From Ruminiclostridium sp. (GTDB taxonomy: Bacteria > Bacillota > Clostridia > Oscillospirales > Ruminococcaceae), in the NCBI GenBank assembly GCA_045579565.1, contig JAZNML010000052.1, positions 14,194 to 78,193 on the forward strand: a DNA stretch of 64,000 nucleotides, written 5' to 3'. The notes under the pieces were generated by a model. That model searched no databases, was not told the origin of the DNA, and saw only the letters and a program-made list of their open reading frames with translations. Shown in pieces: positions 36,977 to 43,876 of the stretch (its first letter is position 1; each line of letters starts with the position of its first letter). A program made the position numbers and the translations under genes.

Positions 36977-38007
36977 TATTTTATTTCAATTACCTTGCCG
37001 TCAAATTCAACCGCACAAATTTCTTCAGAGTTTACAGGCTCTTCAAAAGCCATGCAAAGCATTGTTGAACCTGCGGGGTCATCCTCTGCATATCCGGAAG
37101 AATACATATTATTTATTTGTACCTTTTCACCGCTGTCAAGTACAATATATGTTTCGCTTACATTCCAGAGTGTATCAAAGTACTTATCGAAATTTTCACC
37201 CTCGAAATAAACGGAAATGGGAGAAACCTGAATTTCTTTTAACTTTGAATATACAGGGTTTCCTTCATAATCTGTTCCTGCTAATTCTATATCCTTTTCA
37301 TAGCAGATTTCTTCTGCCTCGTAATCTGCTACAAATTCAGCACGCCATGAATAATCTGCGTTAGTGTCAAATTCATATTCGCCGTTTTCATTCTTTTTAT
37401 TCTGGCGTCTTGCAATCAGGGTGCACTTTTTATCCTTGATTTCGTAATCAGTCTCCATTCTTATACCAAGACGTACCTTTTCCTCGCTCTGCTCAATAAT
37501 GTGAACACCTACGCCCTGACCGAATATACTCTCGGAATCAATATGGATAAATAAGTCACTAAACGGCTTTACGATTGTTACGCCGTCAACCTCTTCAATA
37601 AGCTTATAGCCGTTTTCAGAGTAGATATCAAGAACCGCAAGAACACCATGCTTATCCGCTGCCGCAGCTACCAGCTCAAAATCCATTGTATCAATGGTAT
37701 CCTGTAAAACTGTTGCTTCGGGGACAATATTATCAATGATATTTTCCGCCTTTTCTTCGCCGAAAAGGTTTCTGAACATTCCCGCATAGTCCCAGCCGTT
37801 AGCCGCACCGGCAGTTACTGTAAGTGCGGATATGCCGACAGATGCAGCAAGAAGTGCCGCTACCGCCTTTGACGGTCTTTTTCTTGCGGTTGTTCTGATT
37901 TCGGTGTCCATTACCTTACGGGATAATTCTTCGGGAGTTGTCTTAGGTGTAATCTGATCGTATAAGTTATTTAATCTTTTCATAGCTTGTCCTTTCTCAC
38001 TTTTCAA
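36976..38007 (-). CDS. Putative anti-sigma factor / membrane-anchored extracytoplasmic protein
   Basis: Overlaps the ECF sigma gene by 11 nt. Short cytoplasmic N-terminus, single TM (AVAALLAASVGISALTV), about 270-aa external domain. Confidence 0.55.
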   Translation of the reverse strand: MKSEKGQAMKRLNNLYDQITPKTTPEELSRKVMDTEIRTTARKRPSKAVAALLAASVGISALTVTAGAANGWDYAGMFRNLFGEEKAENIIDNIVPEATVLQDTIDTMDFELVAAAADKHGVLAVLDIYSENGYKLIEEVDGVTIVKPFSDLFIHIDSESIFGQGVGVHIIEQSEEKVRLGIRMETDYEIKDKKCTLIARRQNKKNENGEYEFDTNADYSWRAEFVADYEAEEICYEKDIELAGTDYEGNPVYSKLKEIQVSPISVYFEGENFDKYFDTLWNVSETYIVLDSGEKVQINNMYSSGYAEDDPAGSTMLCMAFEEPVNSEEICAVEFDGKVIEIK

Positions 38008-38464
38008 GTATAGCTTTCAGCTTGTCTCTGCCTCGCTTTAACCGTGCCTTTACATTGCTTTCCGTTATGCTGAGCATTGAGGAAATTTCCGTTACCGTAT
38101 AGCCCTCATAATAGTGAAGGTAGATTACCGAACGGTAGTTTTTGCCAAGACGGTTCAGTGCTTCCAGAAGCTCGTAGTCCTTTTCGCTTTTCAGGGGGAT
38201 ATCCTCCTCCAGCGGAAGCTTACGCTTTATCCACGCAGAAGAAAGGTAATTCTTCGCAACATTTGATGTTACACGCATAAGCCACGCCTTTACATTTTCC
38301 TCAGCCTTGAAGGATTCGTGGCTTCGGTAAAGCTTTAAGAATACCTCCTGCGTTATATCCTCCGCATCTGCGGAATTTTTCACATAGCTGTATGCAAAGC
38401 GGAATACAGATGGCTGAAAAGCACTTACATACCGTGTGAATTCAATACTGTCTATTTTAATCAT
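37997..38464 (-). CDS. ECF-type RNA polymerase sigma-70 factor
   Basis: 155 aa. Region 2 (DAEDITQEVFLKLY) and region 4 HTH (YTVTEISSMLSITESNVKARLKRGRDKL). Confidence 0.85.
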   Translation of the reverse strand: MIKIDSIEFTRYVSAFQPSVFRFAYSYVKNSADAEDITQEVFLKLYRSHESFKAEENVKAWLMRVTSNVAKNYLSSAWIKRKLPLEEDIPLKSEKDYELLEALNRLGKNYRSVIYLHYYEGYTVTEISSMLSITESNVKARLKRGRDKLKAILEK

Positions 38465-38504
38465 TCCTTTTTGTTTAGTCGGTACCGTGAAACGTTTCTA
38501 TATG

Positions 38505-38534
38505 TAAGACAAATCAGAAAGCAGAATGGTTACA
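38505..38534 (-). promoter_or_regulatory. Candidate ECF-type autoregulatory promoter
   Basis: Reverse strand reads TGTAAC-18 nt-GTCTTA upstream of the sigma gene, resembling TGTAAC/TGAAAC...CGTC-type ECF promoters. Confidence 0.35.
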
Positions 38535-38644
38535 CCCTATAAAAATTTTTTATGTTTTTACATAATTTTCGCAGAATTTACACATTTGCCCTTTACAATA
38601 TTATTGTAAGATAAGCAGATACTGTACTGTAAGGAGAGAGAAAA

Positions 38645-38785
38645 ATGAGAATGCTTGAAAAATTCAGAAGACTGTTTGAAATATGGTTTCTTTACGCTTT
38701 CGGCATTATTCCCGCCGAGGAGCCTAAAAAGAAAATCCAGGGTGGAAGCGTTGTTCCCCTGAGAATTACCACAAGTGAGAAATAA
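38645..38785 (+). CDS. Candidate small protein (46 aa), below the ORF-track cutoff
   Basis: aaggagagagaaaa-ATG RBS. MRMLEKFRRLFEIWFLYAFGIIPAEEPKKKIQGGSVVPLRITTSEK. The intrinsic terminator begins 6 nt after the stop. Coding status unproven. Confidence 0.35.
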   Translation: MRMLEKFRRLFEIWFLYAFGIIPAEEPKKKIQGGSVVPLRITTSEK

Positions 38786-38790
38786 CATCA

Positions 38791-38818
38791 AAAGCCGCTG
38801 CAATGCAGCGGCTTTCTT
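38791..38818. terminator. Intrinsic terminator usable on both strands
   Basis: aaagccgctgc-aat-gcagcggcttt. Followed by tttcttc on the + strand and by uuugauguuauuu on the - strand. Confidence 0.65.
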
Positions 38819-39362
38819 CATCAATATTCAATTGTAATCTATAATCAATGCATGGGATTTTACCTCTTGAATTTATTTTACTAATAATAAATCATTCAGT
38901 ACATCGGAGTTTACCTCTCAATAATTTTTAGTAGTTAAACTGAGTGCTTTTTTGGACTCACTCCACTCCGTATAAATTTTTATATGTAACGCTTATAGTA
39001 GCGGTTAATCGACTGCGACAGTCACGTTCCATACAACCCTTTATCGTTCACGTACTGCTTTCATAGGTAGCGGTAAAACACCGTAAGTCTAAAATCTGTT
39101 CTTAAATTGTGCTTTAAGAATCCGAGATTTTCAATAAAACCTTTCCGAAGCAGAGTCTGTGCCCGATAAAGTCTTAGATGATGATATTGGTTCCGTAGCC
39201 ATTGGACTCGCTCCCCTTTCCGGTTGAATTTACAGCGTTGCTGCATCTCAGAATGTTTGAATCTTCTGTATAGAACTTAATCAAAAGATTAGTCTTTCTG
39301 ACTCCTGGGTTCAGGAACTTTGCTTCTCCCGAAGTTTTTTTGTGTTCCCTTTCCTTGATTAA

Positions 39363-39391
39363 AGAATACCATATTTTCGGGGCATTGTCAA
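39363..39391 (-). promoter_or_regulatory. Orphan sigma-70-like promoter pointing into the ORF-free interval
   Basis: Reverse strand reads TTGACA-17 nt-TATTCT with TGg extended -10 (ttgacaatgccccgaaaatatggtattct). No credible CDS lies downstream. Confidence 0.4.
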
Positions 39392-39488
39392 TAGGTTTTT
39401 CTTGGTTATTTTGTATGATATTTTCCACCTTTTTGTGTGCAATTTATAAGATTTGTGCAGAAAATCAAGGCTTTTGACCCCAACCGTA

Positions 39489-39517
39489 TTGACAACAACA
39501 CACCTTTATTGTATAAT
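39489..39517 (+). promoter_or_regulatory. Consensus sigma-70 promoter of the DUF1292 gene
   Basis: TTGACA-17 nt-TATAAT, exact. Confidence 0.6.
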
Positions 39518-39563
39518 AAAAATGTTGAGTGCAACAATTCTTAACAGAAAGGAAGTTTTTACA

Positions 39564-39857
39564 ATGTCCGAAGAACTTGAAATGCTTGAAGAATACGAAC
39601 CTGTTATCGTTGATCTCGACGGTGAACAGTTCGAGCTTATTGATACAGCTGAAATCGATGGAAAGGTGTACGGCGCATTCACTCCCTATACCGAGGAAGA
39701 CGAAATTGACGGCGAAGTTGAATTCATTATCCTTGAAATCATCGATGATGAAGACAGTGAACAGTGCACACTGAAAACTGTTGATGACGAAGAGCTTTAT
39801 ACAAAAATCGGTGACGAATTCATGAAGCTTTTTACGGAAGAATTTGACGAAGAATAA
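39564..39857 (+). CDS. DUF1292 domain protein (small acidic)
   Basis: 97 aa. VDLDGEQFELIDTAEIDGKVYGAFTP...FIILEI pattern typical of DUF1292. Start at ATG 39564 (RBS aaaggaag). Confidence 0.75.
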   Translation: MSEELEMLEEYEPVIVDLDGEQFELIDTAEIDGKVYGAFTPYTEEDEIDGEVEFIILEIIDDEDSEQCTLKTVDDEELYTKIGDEFMKLFTEEFDEE

Positions 39858-39919
39858 GCGAATTCTTTCAAGGCAGAATATTATTGCAGAACCATTCTGT
39901 ATCTAACCTGCTTGGGACA

Positions 39920-40110
39920 CCGCAGTTCTGCAAAACGCGGTATCCTACAAAACTTTTTAAAGGTGGATTTTGCAGGGGCGCTTCGCAGTGTTTGTTTCGA
40001 TATCAGCACTGTTTATGACCCCGCCGTTTTGCAAAATGCGGCATCTCACAAAGCTTTTTAAAGGCGGATTTTGCAGGGGCGCTTCGCCCCTTTACTGCTT
40101 CGTTCGATAT
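39920..40110. repeat. Direct tandem repeat, ~101-bp period, 2 copies
   Basis: 39920-40004 versus 40021-40110: ccgc(a/c)gtt(c/t)tgcaaaa(c/t)gcgg.atc..acaaa.ctttttaaagg.ggattttgcaggggcgcttcgc...ttcgatat. Each copy holds an imperfect tgcaaaa...ttttgca inverted repeat. Confidence 0.85.
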
Positions 40111-40283
40111 TGTATGGATTTTATGATCCGACAATTCACAAAAGGGATTTCTCCATGGCAGCGGATTGCAGACCTCCCGTACTGCGGAAGAAGGGAGCGT
40201 GAACCTGTCAGGCGATCTTACCCGCCCTGCTTAAATGCGGGTTCTGTTTCCATACAGACGGCGCGGCGGTAATACCAATAATA

Positions 40284-40313
40284 CCCCTCTGAACATACGT
40301 TCAGAGGGGTTTT
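40284..40313. terminator. Intrinsic terminator downstream of the LMW-PTP gene (also usable on the + strand)
   Basis: cccctctgaac-atac-gttcagagggg (11 bp), followed by tttt. Confidence 0.7.
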
Positions 40314-40317
40314 CATT

Positions 40318-40770
40318 TTAATATCCCAGTTCTTTCAGAAGCCCTTCGCAGCCACGTAGCACATCATCATAAGTTTCATCAAAATTGCCCGTGTACCAGG
40401 GGTCTGCAATATCTCCGCCATCACCTGCAAAGCTGAGAAGCTTTGCTACCTTTGAGTCCTTGTCTGAGCCTATAATTCTCATGGTGTTGCGGACATTCCA
40501 GCTATCCATACAGATAAGCAGGTCATACTTTTCATAGTCGCTTTTGCGAAGCTGGACCGCGGTCTTGCCCGCAGTAGAAATCCCAAACTGAGAAAGCTTA
40601 CGCTGTGTGCCGTGGTGAACGGGATTGCCGATTTCCTCCGTGCTGGTGGCACGGGATTCAATGAAAAAATCATCAGCTATCCCGCGTTTTTTAACCATAT
40701 CTTTAAGTACAAATTCCGCCATGGGTGAACGGCAGATATTGCCGTGGCAGATAAAAACTATTCTGTGCAT
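40318..40770 (-). CDS. Low-molecular-weight protein-tyrosine phosphatase
   Basis: IVFICHGNICRSPMAE (CX5R P-loop with Ile, pTyr-type rather than the YwlE pArg-type Thr) and DPWYTG Asp loop. Confidence 0.85.
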   Translation of the reverse strand: MHRIVFICHGNICRSPMAEFVLKDMVKKRGIADDFFIESRATSTEEIGNPVHHGTQRKLSQFGISTAGKTAVQLRKSDYEKYDLLICMDSWNVRNTMRIIGSDKDSKVAKLLSFAGDGGDIADPWYTGNFDETYDDVLRGCEGLLKELGY

Positions 40771-41486
40771 TAATACTCCTTTATTCCATATTCAGCCAGT
40801 TTTTCTTCTTTCATTCTCCAATAATCAAGCGCCAGATTCATATATTCCCTTGCGCTTTCGGAATCGCAGACAGGTTTTGCACCGCCTGTGATAAATCTCT
40901 CCAAAAGCCTTTCATCATCAATCAGATATATTTTTCTGCAATAGCCTTTGATTCCTTCGTCTTTAAAAAGAGATAAATACCATTCCAGTGCTTTCCTGTT
41001 TCTTGCAAAAATTCTTTCATTTTTACCTTCGCCGTAATAGATGTCCAGCTCTTTTATTAAAACATCAGGTCTGTCAAGACTTGTTTTTTCAATACCTTCC
41101 CTGCATCTGATGGTGCCTTTTGTATTGTTTAGTCCGCCGGTTATAGGCATAAACGAAAAATTCACAAGACTATGATGAGAGGCATGACATTTATCCAGTA
41201 ATTCTCTGTCATCTTCGTTTATCATATTTTTAAAAAGCATGAGCTTTTTTTCATTGAAATTAAAGATGCAGTCTCCCGAAATCTTGAATTTAGGAAAGAC
41301 CTGATACTCAGGTCTTTCTTTGCGGATTTTAATATACCAGCGCTTACACTTATCCGATGATTCAGTATCGTCCAATGAATCAAAATCAAAAAGTTGTCCG
41401 AAAGTATTTCTGTAAATTTTACTGTATAGCCTTTCCCAGACATCCCTCGATGAATCGACATCGTGTATTTTATCCTCGAATTCCAT
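40770..41486 (-). CDS. Hypothetical protein (238 aa), no family recognised
   Basis: Intact ORF with TAATG overlap onto the PTP start. I prefer ATG 41486 (RBS ggag 6 nt upstream) over the GTG at 41531. Visibly more AT-rich than its neighbours. His/Cys patch CHASHHSLVNFSFMPITGGLNNTKG. Confidence 0.6.
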   Translation of the reverse strand: MEFEDKIHDVDSSRDVWERLYSKIYRNTFGQLFDFDSLDDTESSDKCKRWYIKIRKERPEYQVFPKFKISGDCIFNFNEKKLMLFKNMINEDDRELLDKCHASHHSLVNFSFMPITGGLNNTKGTIRCREGIEKTSLDRPDVLIKELDIYYGEGKNERIFARNRKALEWYLSLFKDEGIKGYCRKIYLIDDERLLERFITGGAKPVCDSESAREYMNLALDYWRMKEEKLAEYGIKEY

Positions 41487-41576
41487 TTTATCTCCGTTTT
41501 CTGTAACCAGATTGTAATAATTTGTAACCACTTTGTAATTGCTTTCGGGGGTTACGGGTGGTATAATAATAGCAAA

Positions 41577-41921
41577 TCAACGCTGTTTTGCTCTTGAAAC
41601 GCTTACGTACCCGTCGCTGTAATAGGCAATTACACTCTTTTCTCGCTGTTCGTCAAGGTCATAGCCCTTTACGGTCATTCCCGAAAGGTTCATAAGCTCC
41701 GCAACCTTCACCTTTGTTAGTTCACAGCGCATGACGTTTATTCCGCCGCAGACAATAACAAACTCGCCGTTCATTACGTTCAGCGCTCCGTTGTCACCCA
41801 GCTTCTTTTCGCGGAAGGTTTCACTGTCACGTTCTGTAACATACTTTATAGGCGTTTTATCGAATTTCATAAGCATATCAACGGGCATTCCGTCTTGCTT
41901 TTTCTTCTTTCCGAACAGCAT
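41577..41921 (-). CDS. Hypothetical protein (114 aa), no family recognised
   Basis: Intact ORF. ATG 41921 lies 8 nt after AAGGAG. The track GTG at 41930 overlaps the RBS. Confidence 0.55.
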   Translation of the reverse strand: MLFGKKKKQDGMPVDMLMKFDKTPIKYVTERDSETFREKKLGDNGALNVMNGEFVIVCGGINVMRCELTKVKVAELMNLSGMTVKGYDLDEQREKSVIAYYSDGYVSVSRAKQR

Positions 41922-41955
41922 AAAAGCCACTCCTTACAATGAATTTTGTAAATTT

Positions 41956-41984
41956 ATTGTACCATTTCTGCCGAATAAAGTCAA
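41956..41984 (-). promoter_or_regulatory. Sigma-70 promoter of the 114aa-238aa-PTP operon
   Basis: Reverse strand reads TTGACT-17 nt-TACAAT with TGg extended -10. Confidence 0.5.
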
Positions 41985-42003
41985 GGTTTGTGCATACATA
42001 CCA

Positions 42004-42032
42004 TTGACAGCAGACAAAATAGCGTGTAAAAT
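42004..42032 (+). promoter_or_regulatory. Sigma-70 promoter of the kinase-like gene (back-to-back with the previous one)
   Basis: TTGACA-17 nt-TAAAAT. Confidence 0.5.
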
Positions 42033-42074
42033 AAACTATGTGTGATTTATCCAATGAAAAGGATTGATATAAAT

Positions 42075-43853
42075 ATGGAAAACAAACTGAATTTATGTAT
42101 GGGTTGCATGAGCCGTAAGGAATACAGCGGTCCTTGTGAAGTGTGCGGTTATATTGACAATACCGCATATCTTTCCTCATATCTTGCTCCCCGTACAGTT
42201 CTCATGAACAGATATATAGTCGGCAGACTCCTCTCCCACAACGGTGAAGGGGCTGTTTATATTGCGTACGATACCGAAAAAAACATGGTTGTGGAAATAA
42301 AGGAATACATGCCCGACCTTCTCTGCACAAGAAAGAAGAACGAAAGACAGATTACTGTAAATCCTGATGCTCTCCCTCTTTATAAGTCTTATCTTTCAGA
42401 ATATGCAGACCTTTACAAAACCCTCATGAACAGCATTGAAACAGATGCAATTCAGAAGATTTACGGCATATTCTCCGAAAATAACACAGGCTATGTTGTT
42501 ATGGAGCATCTTAAAGGCGTTACTCTTTCTCAGTACCTTGAAAAGACTGAGGGCGTAATGGTGTGGGACAAGGCGAAGGAAATCTTCCCGCCCCTGTTCA
42601 CTGCTCTTAACCTCCTCCACAGCGCAACTATCGTTCACAGAGGTTTAAGCCCCGACTCCATATACATTGACGAAAGAGGAAAAATAAAGCTTACCGCTTT
42701 CGGCATCTCTGCAAGCAGGACAGTTGACCAGAGCTTAAACTGTGAGCTTCTTCACGGCTACGCCGCTCCCGAACAGTATTCTGTTGCAGAAAGACAGGGA
42801 CCCTGGACTGATATATACGGCGTTTGCGCAATGCTTTACCGTGTACTTACAGGCACCCAGCCCCAGCCTGCAAACGAAAGACTCCGAGATGATACACTGG
42901 CTGAACCCTTTCTTGTGAACCACAATGTTCCCCATAACGTATCACGTGCTGTTATGGCAGGGCTTATCCTTGACAGCGGTGCCCGTATCCATAACATGAA
43001 TCTGCTTGTTTCAAAGCTTTTTGAACAACCTAAGACCAATGACGAATCCGACGGTCCTGTAAGACCTGCGGTTGCCGTTCAGAATATCCCTTCTCCTGCA
43101 AGACAGGAGAAAAAGGCTCCCCAGCGTAAGCCCGCACAAAAGCCGAAGAAAAAATCCAAGAAGAATAAGGAAAAATCAAATGTCGGTACAATTGTCGGCT
43201 TCTCATTCTTCCTGCTTATTGTTATTGCGTTCATTATCGCAATCATTTATTTCTCCGACCAGACTCATCAGCTTACAAATCCTGCGGTGACTACCACCGT
43301 TACCACTACAACAACTCAGACAACTCCCGTTGTTACCACAGCTCCTCCCCGCACAACCACTACCGAAGAGCCTGTGGATAATGTTGAGAAGATTCTTCTT
43401 CCCGATTTCGTGGACCGTTTCTTCAACACCCTTGAATCCCGCTATCCTCAGCTTGTATTTGAGGCTGTTTATGAGTACAGCGATGTTTACGCCGAGGGTA
43501 TTGTATTTGACCAGGATATACCCGAAGGTACCGAAGTTACCGACGGTACGATAGTTACCCTGAAAGTAAGTAAGGGGCCTGAATTCGTTGAGCTTCCCGA
43601 CTATGTAGGAAAGAAGCTTAAAGACTACACAAAGGAACTTGACGAGCTTAATATCAAGTATGAGATTGAACCCGAGGAAACTACCGAATTCAAATCCGGC
43701 TACGTTGTACGCTGTGATAAGGAAGTCGGAGATAAAATCCAGCTTTCAGAAGAAGGAACCATAAAGGTTTACTATGCGGTTAAGCCTGAGGTTACCACTG
43801 AGGCTCCCGAAGAAACCGAAGCTCCCGAAGAAAATACAGAGACAGAAGAATAA
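42075..43853 (+). CDS. Zn-ribbon / Ser-Thr kinase-like (predicted pseudokinase) / TM / PASTA-domain protein
   Basis: N-terminal CMGC...CEVCG. Hanks-type fold (VVEIKEY, APEQ, WTDIYGVCAMLY), but the catalytic loop reads HRGLSPDS (42636-42644 encodes HRG) and DFG reads AFG (42696-42704). Lys-rich juxtamembrane segment, TM, Thr-rich linker, two PASTA-like repeats. Start set at ATG 42075. Confidence 0.8.
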   Translation: MENKLNLCMGCMSRKEYSGPCEVCGYIDNTAYLSSYLAPRTVLMNRYIVGRLLSHNGEGAVYIAYDTEKNMVVEIKEYMPDLLCTRKKNERQITVNPDALPLYKSYLSEYADLYKTLMNSIETDAIQKIYGIFSENNTGYVVMEHLKGVTLSQYLEKTEGVMVWDKAKEIFPPLFTALNLLHSATIVHRGLSPDSIYIDERGKIKLTAFGISASRTVDQSLNCELLHGYAAPEQYSVAERQGPWTDIYGVCAMLYRVLTGTQPQPANERLRDDTLAEPFLVNHNVPHNVSRAVMAGLILDSGARIHNMNLLVSKLFEQPKTNDESDGPVRPAVAVQNIPSPARQEKKAPQRKPAQKPKKKSKKNKEKSNVGTIVGFSFFLLIVIAFIIAIIYFSDQTHQLTNPAVTTTVTTTTTQTTPVVTTAPPRTTTTEEPVDNVEKILLPDFVDRFFNTLESRYPQLVFEAVYEYSDVYAEGIVFDQDIPEGTEVTDGTIVTLKVSKGPEFVELPDYVGKKLKDYTKELDELNIKYEIEPEETTEFKSGYVVRCDKEVGDKIQLSEEGTIKVYYAVKPEVTTEAPEETEAPEENTETEE

Positions 43854-43876
43854 TTGAAAGGACAGCAAAGAAACCC

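Noticed and set aside
38558-38824. 88-aa reverse-strand ORF in the gene-poor region.
   Set aside because: No RBS. It spans the terminator hairpin and is antisense to the better-supported 46-codon ORF.
39061-39428. Two broken reverse-strand ORFs considered as remnants of a transposase, integrase or group II intron reverse transcriptase.
   Set aside because: I see no DDE, tyrosine-recombinase or RT (YxDD, NKGxxGVDG) motif. There is no GUGYG intron 5-prime end or domain V hairpin and no terminal inverted repeats. Kept only as part of the ncRNA/decayed-gene finding.
39920-40110. Diversity-generating retroelement template/variable repeat pair.
   Set aside because: Differences between the two copies are mixed transitions at all bases, not adenine-specific. 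No reverse transcriptase is nearby and neither copy lies in a CDS. Track ORF 39970-40272 merely translates the repeat.
40140-40283. SRP RNA or a riboswitch, prompted by ggaagaagggagcg and cctgtcaggc.
   Set aside because: The motif order and pairing do not reproduce the SRP helix 8 (GGAA tetraloop with AGCAGC). No B12, TPP, glycine, c-di-GMP or T-box core sequences are present, and no downstream gene on the + strand could be regulated.
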